Assembly: GCA_035512955.1 (NCBI GenBank)
Contig: DATKCZ010000013.1
Location: 305 to 64,304, forward strand
DNA: 64,000 nt
Direction: 5' to 3'
DNA from: Acidimicrobiia bacterium
GTDB lineage: Bacteria > Actinomycetota > Acidimicrobiia > Spongiisociales > ZC4RG35
Shown: positions 35,938-44,203 of the stretch, one piece after another
How positions within the stretch are numbered: the first letter of the stretch is position 1
Layout: every line of letters starts with the position of its first letter
Translations under genes and position numbers: made by a program
Notes under the pieces: generated by a model
Told to the model about the DNA's origin: nothing
Database searches by the model: none
Seen by the model: the letters and a program-made list of their open reading frames with translations, nothing else

Positions 35938-36663
35938 TCAGCCGCTGTGGCGGATGTCGATGACCGCACCCGGCTCCAGCCCTTCCTCGATCGCTTCCCA
36001 GATGCGCCGAGCCGCCTCTTCGGGTTCGACGAGTCGACCCTCGTGGAGAAGGTCGTGAAACCTCTCCACCCGGGGGAAGTCACGCTCCTCGGTCTCCCGG
36101 ATCTCCGACTGCATCGCCGTGGCCATCACCCCAGGGGCTATCGCGGCCACTCGCACCCCACCCCGGCTCTTCTGCTCGGCACCGGCAATGCGCACCCATT
36201 GGTCGATCGCCGCCTTGCCCGCACCATAAGAGGACCATCCCGGGTAGACGCTCCTCGCCGCGCCGGAGGTGACCTGGATGAGGTCGAAGACTCCCTCCCG
36301 GTCCCGGACGGCCTCGAGGAAGGCATGCCCGAGGACCTGGCCCGCCGCACTGTTGAGGAGGACGTTCTCGGTGTAGGCCCCGGTTTCGACTTCGCCCGCG
36401 AACCCGATCGGGGTGAGAGTCCCCGCGGCGTGGATGAATACGGCCCGGGCGGGGCCGTGCCTGCTCAGCAAGGAGCGGAGATGAGACCCGACCCCTGCCC
36501 AATGGGCCGGATCGGCGAGATCAGCCCGGTAGTGCTCGATTGGCTCGTCTCCGGGAGGGCCCGAACGACTGATGTCGACCACCACTGCCGGAAAGGGCGT
36601 GGACCGGGCCAGGGCGAGTCCCAGGCCGCTCGAGGCACCGGTGATTACGACCAGGTCCGTCAC
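35938..36663 (-). CDS. SDR family oxidoreductase
   Basis: It has the TGASSGLGLALA cofactor motif and YGAGK catalytic motif. Confidence 0.85.
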   Translation of the reverse strand: MTDLVVITGASSGLGLALARSTPFPAVVVDISRSGPPGDEPIEHYRADLADPAHWAGVGSHLRSLLSRHGPARAVFIHAAGTLTPIGFAGEVETGAYTENVLLNSAAGQVLGHAFLEAVRDREGVFDLIQVTSGAARSVYPGWSSYGAGKAAIDQWVRIAGAEQKSRGGVRVAAIAPGVMATAMQSEIRETEERDFPRVERFHDLLHEGRLVEPEEAARRIWEAIEEGLEPGAVIDIRHSG

Positions 36664-36778
36664 GTGCTCAGCGTAGGGCCGCCCACCCGCCCACCTCCTC
36701 GGTCCCGGTCCTCGAGCCCTTCGAGAACTCGTTTCGCGCTGAAGGTGGACAGCCGGCTGTCGGAGACCGTCGTGGCCA

Positions 36779-37657
36779 TCAATTTGGCGCGGGCTCGACC
36801 GGACGGCCCCGGATCGATTTGGCGGTGAGAGCCATGAAGAAGAGCACTATCGGTGTCACCGCCATGGTCGCCGACCCCGATGTGTTTGCGTGATAGCTGA
36901 TGATCAACCCGATGGCCACCGAGACCACGCCGAGGGTGGCGGCAACGGCCATCATCACCGGGACTCGCTGGACCAGCAGGGCGGCGGTTGCCGCCGGCCC
37001 GACCAGCAACCCAAAGACGAGAAGCGTTCCCACCGTCTGGAACGAGGCGACCACGGCGAGGGTTATGAGAGCTAGCAGGGCGATATGGGCCAGCCTGGGG
37101 TGAAGACCGAGCAGCTTGGCCTTCTGCTCGTTGAACGAGAGCACCAGGAAAGGGCGGAACAGGAGAACGGTCCCCAGCGACGTCACCACCAAGAGGACGG
37201 CCAGGAGCCCGATGTCGCCAGGGGTCACCCCGAGTGCGTCGCCGAAGAGGATGGCGGTGAGGCTCCCGCTGTAGGAGTCGGTCCGCGAGATCAGGATCAC
37301 GCCCAACCCCAGCATCCCCACGAAGAGAAGCCCGATACTGGTGTCCTCGGAGAAGGCGGTCTGCCGATGCACCAGATTGATGCCGGTCAGCATCACCAGG
37401 GCGGCGGCAGCTGCGCCGATGAGGAGGTTGAAGTCGAAGAGGATGGCCAGGGCGATGCCCGGTACCACACCATGGACCAGGGCGTCCCCGAGAAAAGACA
37501 TCCCGCGGATGACCACCCAGGTACCGACGAGGGCCAGCGCCACCGCCGCCAAGGAGCCACCCAGCAGGGCGCGCTGCTGGAAGGCGAGCTGGAAGGGATC
37601 GATCAGCCAGTCCACGAACAGCAAAGGTAGCTGCGCCGTCCTAGCCGGAGAGGGCAT
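36779..37657 (-). CDS. Metal ABC transporter permease (ZnuB/MntB/TroD type)
   Basis: It is a multi-TM protein with FQQRALLGG and SFLGDALVHGVVPG motifs. I chose the ATG at 37657 because the longer ORF overlaps the SBP gene. Confidence 0.85.
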   Translation of the reverse strand: MPSPARTAQLPLLFVDWLIDPFQLAFQQRALLGGSLAAVALALVGTWVVIRGMSFLGDALVHGVVPGIALAILFDFNLLIGAAAAALVMLTGINLVHRQTAFSEDTSIGLLFVGMLGLGVILISRTDSYSGSLTAILFGDALGVTPGDIGLLAVLLVVTSLGTVLLFRPFLVLSFNEQKAKLLGLHPRLAHIALLALITLAVVASFQTVGTLLVFGLLVGPAATAALLVQRVPVMMAVAATLGVVSVAIGLIISYHANTSGSATMAVTPIVLFFMALTAKSIRGRPVEPAPN

Positions 37658-38576
37658 CTGCGATGCGGGTGGCATTGATGTGGAGCATCCCGACCAGGGT
37701 GTCTGCCCTGCTTCCCGACTCGCCCAGCGACTCGGTGTACAACTCGACAACGCTGACCTCGTGGCCCACTTCGGCGGCCACGGCTTCCGCCAACCGCGTG
37801 GGCTGGGTCGTCTCGGCGAAGATGGCGCGGACACCCTGACGCCGCATCTCATCGACCAAGGCAGCGAGCTCGGCGGAGCTCGGGTCACTCAGGGTCGATC
37901 CGCCGGGGACGACCACTCCAACCACCGAGAACCCGTAACGCTGGGCGAAATACCCCAGTACTTCGTGATTGGTCACCAGTCTGCGATCAGGCCGGGCGAT
38001 CCCAGCAAGCATGTCTGAGATCTCGGCGTCGACAGTGTCGAGCTCGGCGGCGTACGCATCGGCTCGAGCCGCCCAGTCGAACGAAGGGTCGATTTCGGCG
38101 ATTCTCTCGGCGATCAACCCGGCGGCGACCGCCATCCGAACCGGGTCGAACCAGACATGAGGGTCATCTCCGATCGCACTCTCGAGCGGTAGGGGCTCAA
38201 TGTCGGCGCCAACCGCGTAGACGTTGGCGCCGTCTGTCTCGGCACTCTTCAGCACGTCGATCAGCCCTTCTTCGAGACCGAGCCCGTTGGCAACGACGAG
38301 ATCCGCGGTTTGCAGGGCGATGACCTGTTGTGGTGTCACCTGATAGTCGTGGGCATCGGCGCCGAGCGGGATGATCACCTCCACCCGGCCCCGGTCACCG
38401 ACGATCTGACCGACCACATCCCCCCAGATCGAGGTGGTGGCCACCACCGTCAGCTCGTCGGAACCGCGGTCGTCTCCCGGGCCGCATCCGATGGTCAGCA
38501 GAACGAGCAGGGTCACCGCCATGACCAGCCGGAAGGGGGTTCTCGAGCCCGGTCGGTGAATGAGAATCGTTATCAT
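37641..38576 (-). CDS. Metal ABC transporter substrate-binding lipoprotein (ZnuA/TroA family)
   Basis: It has the lipobox LLTIGCG and a cluster-A-I SBP pattern (DAHDYQ, DPHVWFDP). The start is ATG 38576 or ATG 38522. Confidence 0.85.
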   Translation of the reverse strand: MITILIHRPGSRTPFRLVMAVTLLVLLTIGCGPGDDRGSDELTVVATTSIWGDVVGQIVGDRGRVEVIIPLGADAHDYQVTPQQVIALQTADLVVANGLGLEEGLIDVLKSAETDGANVYAVGADIEPLPLESAIGDDPHVWFDPVRMAVAAGLIAERIAEIDPSFDWAARADAYAAELDTVDAEISDMLAGIARPDRRLVTNHEVLGYFAQRYGFSVVGVVVPGGSTLSDPSSAELAALVDEMRRQGVRAIFAETTQPTRLAEAVAAEVGHEVSVVELYTESLGESGSRADTLVGMLHINATRIADALSG

Positions 38577-38604
38577 GCAATTGAGAATCATAATCATTAT
38601 GATT
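38560..38604. promoter_or_regulatory. Two Fur-family (Zur-type) operator boxes in a divergent promoter
   Basis: The box at 38586-38604, AATCATAATCATTATGATT, is a perfect 9-1-9 palindrome. The box at 38560-38576, ATGAGAATCGTTATCAT, is an imperfect 8-1-8 palindrome. Together they form an AT-rich island in a GC-rich genome. Confidence 0.75.
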
Positions 38605-39048
38605 GGCCAGGTGACCAAATCGACCCTCGATCGCCAGGTGCAGCTGAGACTTCTCGACCACGACGTTCGATACACCAGGGGCCGTCGCGTCGTGGTTGCC
38701 GCCCTCTCCAGGGCTAAAGGCCCGCTCTCGGCCAACGAGCTGAGCCGGATGATCGGCGATGTACCGCTCTCATCGATCTACCGCACGCTGGCAGTCCTCG
38801 AAGAGGCAGGTGTGGTCGCCCATCATCTCGGGGCCAAGGGCCTGACCCGTTTCGAGTTGGCCGAGTGGCTGACCGGTCACCACCACCATCTCGTCTGTCT
38901 GGACTGCGGCTCGGTCTCCGACGTCGAGATACCCAAATCGAAGGAGGAGAGCGTCAGGCGCCTGGTCTCCGAGATCGCCGAGTTGGCGTCGTTCGATGCC
39001 ACCGAACACGCCCTGGAAATCGAGGGCAGGTGCGCACAGTGCGCCTGA
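38599..39048 (+). CDS. zur: Fur family transcriptional regulator (probable Zur)
   Basis: It has HHHHLVCLDCG and C-terminal CAQC zinc motifs, plus a wHTH. The start is ATG 38599 or GTG 38611. Confidence 0.85.
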   Translation: MIGQVTKSTLDRQVQLRLLDHDVRYTRGRRVVVAALSRAKGPLSANELSRMIGDVPLSSIYRTLAVLEEAGVVAHHLGAKGLTRFELAEWLTGHHHHLVCLDCGSVSDVEIPKSKEESVRRLVSEIAELASFDATEHALEIEGRCAQCA

Positions 39049-39866
39049 ACGGTCAGGCAGTGCGTGCGCGCGGCCTGAGGGTCGAGTACGGCGCGACGGT
39101 CGCCCTGGCCGATTCGGACTTCGATGTGGCGGCAGGGGGCGTGACCGCCCTGATCGGGCCCAATGGGTCGGGCAAGTCGACCCTGCTCAACGCGATCGCA
39201 GGGCTCATCGAGCCCTCCTCCGGGTCGATCGAGGTGGCTGTCGAGCCGGAGCGCCTCTCCTATGTGATGCAGTCGACCAAGGTCAACGACAATCTCCCAG
39301 TCACCGTGAAGGAGGTGGTGACGATGGGACGCTACGCCCGGGCCGGGGTGTACGGGAGGTTGCGGTCGCCGGACAGACAGGCAGTAGAAGATGCGATGCA
39401 CAGAGTCGGCGTCTCCGATATCGCCTCGCGACACCTCCATGACCTATCAGGCGGGCAACGCCAGCGAGTCTTCGTCGCTCAGGGTCTGGCCCAGGACCAC
39501 GACATGATCCTGCTCGACGAGCCGCTGACCGGCATCGACCTGACCACGGCGCAAGCCATAGATGACGTGCTCCACAGGGAGACCGAGGAGGGATGCACCG
39601 TCATCATGACCACGCACGACCTCTCCGAGGCGGAGCTGGCCGATCAGGTGCTGCTCCTTGCCGGCCGGGTGGTGGCCTGGGGGGCCCCTGGTGAGGTCCT
39701 CACCGAGAACAACCTGGTCGCTGCCTATGGCCCCTCACTTCTCCATGTGGAGAAGGGGCGGTTGTTCCTCGACGATCCTGCTCACATGCCTGCGGAGGGT
39801 CGGCACGCCCATAGGGAGCGCTCGATTCACTCCGAGAGCGACCGCTTCGATCTGCACGGCGAGTAG
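39039..39866 (+). CDS. Metal ABC transporter ATP-binding protein (ZnuC type)
   Basis: It has Walker A GPNGSGKST, signature LSGGQRQR and Walker B ILLDEP. The GTG at 39039 overlaps the zur stop. Confidence 0.88.
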   Translation: MRLNGQAVRARGLRVEYGATVALADSDFDVAAGGVTALIGPNGSGKSTLLNAIAGLIEPSSGSIEVAVEPERLSYVMQSTKVNDNLPVTVKEVVTMGRYARAGVYGRLRSPDRQAVEDAMHRVGVSDIASRHLHDLSGGQRQRVFVAQGLAQDHDMILLDEPLTGIDLTTAQAIDDVLHRETEEGCTVIMTTHDLSEAELADQVLLLAGRVVAWGAPGEVLTENNLVAAYGPSLLHVEKGRLFLDDPAHMPAEGRHAHRERSIHSESDRFDLHGE

Positions 39867-39937
39867 CCACGCCAACCGCGGCCCATAGCGATTATTCGAT
39901 CGCGGGCGGCCGATTATGGCGGTTAGCGTGCTCACTC

Positions 39938-41161
39938 ATGTGGGAGATCCGCACCATCACCGATGACGATGTCGATCTCTTCAGAAGTCGGCTGTCCCGA
40001 GGCTTCGGCGGTGACATCGACTCGGACGACTCCGCCGCAGAGCGCTTCCGGTCCATCTTCGAGTACGACCGAACCCTCGCCGTCTTCGAAGCAGGAGACA
40101 TCGTGGGCACCGGTGCGGCTTTCTCCCTGGGGGTCACCGCTCCCGGGGGTGTCGAGGTCCCTATGGCGGGGACCACGGTGATCTCCGTGCAGCCGACCCA
40201 TCGGCGACGAGGAGTGCTGCGGGAGCTGATGGACAGACACCTCGAGGACGTCACCGACAGGGGAGAGCCATTGGCGGGGCTGTGGGCCTCGGAGAGCTCG
40301 ATCTACGGTCGCTTCGGATACGGGCCATCGACATTCCGATACAGCACCGAGATCGATACCCCCACGGTGAAGATGTCGGATCCTCCGGCGAAGCGGTCGG
40401 TTCGACTGATCGACTCCGAAGATGCCGAGTCGATGATTAGGTCGGTCTATGAAGCGGTACGTCCGACTCGCCCGGGGATGCTCACCCGGAGCGATCCATG
40501 GTGGACGCACCGGCTGATGGCCGATCCGGAGTCGTGGCGCGGGGGCAAGTCAGCACATCGATACCTGGTGTTCGAAGAGGACGGATCGCCCACCGGGTAT
40601 GCCACCTATCGGCAGAAGGAGAAGTGGGAGGACTTCGTCGCCGGGGGAGAGATCAGGGTGACCGAGGTGATCGCGGCCGATCCAAACGCCCACAAGGGCA
40701 TCTGGGCCTTCCTCACCAACATCGACCTGTTCAACAAGCTCGAGTGGTGGAACTTGCCACTCGACGATGCGCTCCCCAACATCATCACGGATCAACGACG
40801 GGTCCGGCGCCGTCTGGTCGATGCGCTATGGGTGCGGGTCATGGACGTCACGGCCGCACTCGAAGCCAGGGGATATGAGCACGACGGAACGGTCACGATC
40901 GAAGTGATCGATCCGACGAGGTTTCGGGCGGCAGGCACCTATCGACTGGAGGTCGTCGATGGTGTGGCGGCGTGTGACAGGACCTCCGCCTCGGCGGAAT
41001 TGAGGTTGGGCGCAGACGTTCTCGGGCATCTCTACCTGGGTGGTGGAAACGCTATCGCCATGGCCGACGCAGGTCGGATCGAGGGCGATCCCGCGGCGGT
41101 GGCGAGGCTGCATCGGATCTTCCGAACCGATCGCGCACCTTGGTGCCCCGAGGTCTTCTGA
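39938..41161 (+). CDS. GNAT N-acetyltransferase, Eis-like (GNAT plus SCP2-like C-terminal domain)
   Basis: It has the acetyl-CoA motif VQPTHRRRGVLRELM, a length of about 400 aa, and the family-typical end CPEVF. Confidence 0.8.
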   Translation: MWEIRTITDDDVDLFRSRLSRGFGGDIDSDDSAAERFRSIFEYDRTLAVFEAGDIVGTGAAFSLGVTAPGGVEVPMAGTTVISVQPTHRRRGVLRELMDRHLEDVTDRGEPLAGLWASESSIYGRFGYGPSTFRYSTEIDTPTVKMSDPPAKRSVRLIDSEDAESMIRSVYEAVRPTRPGMLTRSDPWWTHRLMADPESWRGGKSAHRYLVFEEDGSPTGYATYRQKEKWEDFVAGGEIRVTEVIAADPNAHKGIWAFLTNIDLFNKLEWWNLPLDDALPNIITDQRRVRRRLVDALWVRVMDVTAALEARGYEHDGTVTIEVIDPTRFRAAGTYRLEVVDGVAACDRTSASAELRLGADVLGHLYLGGGNAIAMADAGRIEGDPAAVARLHRIFRTDRAPWCPEVF

Positions 41162-41249
41162 GTCCTCGCTTCTACTCGGACTCGTCGGCGGCTCCGGAGG
41201 ATGTCAGCGCTCGGCCCGGAGTCGATCCCGGTTCCTCGTCAGCACCGTC

Positions 41250-41417
41250 TCACGGAGACCGGACGGCCCGCTGTTCGGCCGCCTGCCACATGCCGGTCTC
41301 GCCGCATGTGCAGGTGAAGTGGGCGACGAGACCGGAGTCAGTGGGAATCAGGGCAGTGATCGCCGTCGTGGGGAGGAGGACCCTCGATCCGTGTCGGTAG
41401 CAGAAGGGTGCGAACAT
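41250..41417 (-). CDS. Small Cys-containing protein (55 aa), unknown function
   Basis: The sequence is MFAPFCYRHGSRVLL...HFTCTCGETG. Its ATG shares one nt with the upstream stop (TGATG). Confidence 0.5.
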   Translation of the reverse strand: MFAPFCYRHGSRVLLPTTAITALIPTDSGLVAHFTCTCGETGMWQAAEQRAVRSP

Positions 41418-41599
41418 CAGCAGTTCTCCAATTGGTTGCATCGTCTCCAGTCGAGCATGGCAAGGCGAGCCTGTTGGACCCGCAGTGAGGACTCCACCAG
41501 GTCCGAGAGGGTGGCCTCCGATCGTCTCAGGGTCTGATGTGACTCCCATGCCTCTGCCAACTGGTGGTACAGGCTGTCGAAAGTCTCGGTCGCGTACAT
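41417..41599 (-). CDS. Small helical protein (60 aa), unknown function
   Basis: The ATG at 41599 is preceded by AGGAGG at about 8 nt. The sequence has a heptad-like helical pattern. Confidence 0.5.
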   Translation of the reverse strand: MYATETFDSLYHQLAEAWESHQTLRRSEATLSDLVESSLRVQQARLAMLDWRRCNQLENC

Positions 41600-41661
41600 C
41601 GTGAGGCTCCTCCTTGGTAACAAGCTAATCCGATATGAGTCCTTACAGGATACGTCGGCGG

Positions 41662-41695
41662 CTGTAATTAGTCAAGGAGATTTCACTCATTACTG
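41662..41695. promoter_or_regulatory. Imperfect inverted repeat in the AT-rich divergent promoter (candidate operator)
   Basis: The arms CTGTAATTAGT and ACTCATTACTG are separated by 12 nt and match at 9 of 11 positions. Confidence 0.35.
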
Positions 41696-41788
41696 TTTCC
41701 GGTTTGGTGAAGCGAATGCCCTGTTGGCGCTCCCAAGCAACCCATGGAGGTAGCGTGGTCGGTACTTTGAGTGAAAGGTCAAATACCG

Positions 41789-42973
41789 ATGTCTGATTCG
41801 GACGTGGCGCGCCTCGACTCACTGCTCGAGTCGCTGATCGTCGAGCACCCTCCTGCCGAGACCCCCCACACCGAGTTCTGGGGAGCCCAATATGACAAGG
41901 GGCTGGCCTGGGCGTGGCACCCGGAGGGCTTCGGTGGGCTCGCCCTGGAGCGAAGACACCAGACTCGGATCAATCAAGCGCTGGAAGAGGCCGGGGCCTC
42001 GACCGAGAACCGATCCACCAATCTCCTCGGCATCGCCATGGGGGCAGGAGTGCTCGACGCCCATGCCACCGATGAGCAGAAGAGACGGTGGCTGCGCCCG
42101 ATGTTCACCAACGAGGAGATCTGGTGCCAGCTCTTCAGTGAGCCGGGAGCCGGCTCCGATGTGGCCGGTCTGTCCACCAGGGCGGTCAGGGACGGTGATG
42201 AGTGGGTGGTCAACGGTCAGAAGGTGTGGACCACCCTGGCCCACATCGCCAAATGGGGCATGCTGATCACCCGAACCGATCCGGAGGCTCCCAAGCACCA
42301 GGGTCTCTCCTATTTCATCGTCGACATGATCGCACCCGGTGTCGACGTGCGCCCCCTCTTCCAGATCACCGGGGAGGCTGAGTTCAGCGAGGTGTTCTTC
42401 AACGATGTCCGGATCCCCGACGACAACCGGATCGATGCGGTGGGCGCCGGATGGAGAGTGGCCCTGACCACCCTGATGAACGAGCGAATAGCCATCGGAG
42501 GTGGGGACGCCCCCCGGGAGAGCGGCTATATCCGCCAGGCCGTCGAGGTGTGGCGGGAGATCGGAGGGGGCGACCCGGTGATGAGGGACCGGCTTCTCGC
42601 CCTTTGGGCCGATGCCGAGGCTGCCCGTCTCACCTCGGTGCGGGCCAACGAGCTGGCCGGCGCCGGGATCCCCGGCCCGGAAGGCTCCACCGGAAAGCTG
42701 GCCTGGGCCAATCTGAACAAGAGGATCACATCCTTCACCGTAGAGCTCTTGGGCCTCGACGGGACCCTGTACCCCGACGGCTACGACCTGGTCAGACCCG
42801 AAGGCGTCCCCCGGCATGGGCCCCAGAAGGCCTTTCTCCGGACCCGGGCCAACTCCATCGAAGGCGGGACGTCGGAGATCATGTTGAACATCCTCGGCGA
42901 GCGCGTTCTCGGTCTTCCCGGTGAGCCCAGAGTCGACAAGGACCTGCCCTGGTCGGAGGTTCCCCGTGGCTGA
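41789..42973 (+). CDS. Acyl-CoA dehydrogenase (subunit retaining the catalytic-base motif)
   Basis: It has the ACAD fold pattern, and IEGGTSEI sits at the position of the catalytic Glu. Confidence 0.85.
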   Translation: MSDSDVARLDSLLESLIVEHPPAETPHTEFWGAQYDKGLAWAWHPEGFGGLALERRHQTRINQALEEAGASTENRSTNLLGIAMGAGVLDAHATDEQKRRWLRPMFTNEEIWCQLFSEPGAGSDVAGLSTRAVRDGDEWVVNGQKVWTTLAHIAKWGMLITRTDPEAPKHQGLSYFIVDMIAPGVDVRPLFQITGEAEFSEVFFNDVRIPDDNRIDAVGAGWRVALTTLMNERIAIGGGDAPRESGYIRQAVEVWREIGGGDPVMRDRLLALWADAEAARLTSVRANELAGAGIPGPEGSTGKLAWANLNKRITSFTVELLGLDGTLYPDGYDLVRPEGVPRHGPQKAFLRTRANSIEGGTSEIMLNILGERVLGLPGEPRVDKDLPWSEVPRG

Positions 42974-44093
42974 GACCCCCACCTACGCCTCGACCGAAGA
43001 ACAGGGCATGATTCGTGACACTGCCCGCCAGTTCCTCGAGGACCGGGTCGGTCTAGGCCGGGTGAGGGATCTGATGATGTCCGAGGAGGGGTTCGACCCC
43101 GTGATTTGGAAGGAGATGGCGGAACTGGGCTGGACCGGTCTCGCCATCGCGGAGGGCCATGGTGGTGCCGGATTCGGGCCTGTCGAGATGGGGGTGCTCC
43201 TGGAGGAGATGGGGAGGCAGGTGACCCCCGGGCCGTTCTTCGCCAGCGCAGTCCTGGCGACCACCGCTATCCAGGAGATCGGCACCGCGTCGCAACAGGA
43301 GGCGTGGCTGCCCGGGCTCGCCTCGGGTGAGACCGTGGCCAGCCTCGCCGTCTTCGAGGAGCCCAGAAACTGGAGTCCGGCCGATCCCTCGACGTCGGCC
43401 TTTCTCAGCGATGACCGCTGGACGATCAATGGTTCGAAGCGCTCGGTGATGTCCGGCGTAACCGCCGACATTCTGTTGGTCACCGCGGGCACCGAGGACG
43501 GGGTCGGTGTGTTCCTCGTCGACCCGGGGTCGGACGGTGTGGTGATCGAGGAGGAGCCGGTGCTCGACCCCACCCGCCGACAGGCAAAGGTCAATTTGGA
43601 CTCCGTCGTGGTCGACTCCGCCGCCCGTCTCGGAGAGGCCGATGCCACTGCCGCACTCGGCCGCACTCTCGCGTTGGGCACTGTTGCCCTGGCATGCGAG
43701 CAGGTCGGCGGTGCGCAGAGATGCATGGAGATGTCGGTTGAATATGCCAAGACCCGGTACCAATTCGGCCGTCCCATCGGGTCGTACCAGGCGATCAAAC
43801 ATCGCTGCGCCAACATGTTTATGAGGGTGGAGCACGCCAAGTCGGCGACGTACCACGCGGCCCGGGTGACCGAGGACCCATCAGAGCTGGCGATCGCAGC
43901 TCCTCTCGCCGGATCGGTTGGGTCCGAGGCCTACGTGTGGGTGGCAGGCGAGAACATCCAAGTCCACGGGGGGATCGGGTTCACCTGGGAGCACGACGCC
44001 CACATATATCTCAAGCGGGCCATGGCGTCGTCGCTGTCACTGGGATCTCCCCATCACCAGAGGGATCTGCTCGGGAGGGCGCTACAGATCTGA
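42966..44093 (+). CDS. Acyl-CoA dehydrogenase family protein (partner subunit lacking the EGTSE catalytic motif)
   Basis: The GTG at 42966 overlaps the upstream gene by 8 nt. It has an ACAD-like middle and C-terminal domain (IQVHGGIGFTWEHD), but I found no YEG/TSE motif. Confidence 0.8.
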   Translation: MAETPTYASTEEQGMIRDTARQFLEDRVGLGRVRDLMMSEEGFDPVIWKEMAELGWTGLAIAEGHGGAGFGPVEMGVLLEEMGRQVTPGPFFASAVLATTAIQEIGTASQQEAWLPGLASGETVASLAVFEEPRNWSPADPSTSAFLSDDRWTINGSKRSVMSGVTADILLVTAGTEDGVGVFLVDPGSDGVVIEEEPVLDPTRRQAKVNLDSVVVDSAARLGEADATAALGRTLALGTVALACEQVGGAQRCMEMSVEYAKTRYQFGRPIGSYQAIKHRCANMFMRVEHAKSATYHAARVTEDPSELAIAAPLAGSVGSEAYVWVAGENIQVHGGIGFTWEHDAHIYLKRAMASSLSLGSPHHQRDLLGRALQI

Positions 44094-44108
44094 GAACGCT
44101 TTGCCCGC

Positions 44109-44161
44109 CCGTTCTGTGCGGATCTATGGCGTCTGGGTCTGCATAGATCCTCACAGAACGG
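44109..44161. repeat. REP-like palindromic element, copy 2 (arms CCGTTCTGTGCGGATCTATG / CATAGATCCTCACAGAACGG)
   Basis: The 20-bp arms have one mismatch and a 13-nt loop. It has the same core as the element at 18785-18837 and also lies between convergent genes. Confidence 0.6.
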
Positions 44162-44203
44162 TCAGGGAAGTGGATCACTCCTGCCCGGAATAGGGGATGC
44201 GGG

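Noticed and set aside
36745-36758. I noted short GC palindromes: GACAGCCGGCTGTC after the permease gene, GCCGAGCTCGGC (~30255) after thrA, and ATGGGGCTCCCCAT (~31560).
   Set aside because: They are short, have no loop, lack a U-tract and are not repeated elsewhere in the window. Palindromes like these are expected by chance in GC-rich DNA, so their evidence for function is too weak.
36779-37888. Several genes have longest-ORF N-terminal extensions. Examples are 36779-37888, 4814-5842, 5677-7395, 22001-24991, 38865-39866, 62522-63928, 33344-34111 and 1495-2670.
   Set aside because: The extensions overlap the preceding gene in another frame and translate to Arg/Pro-rich junk. Internal starts give canonical 1-17-nt start/stop overlaps or good SD spacing.
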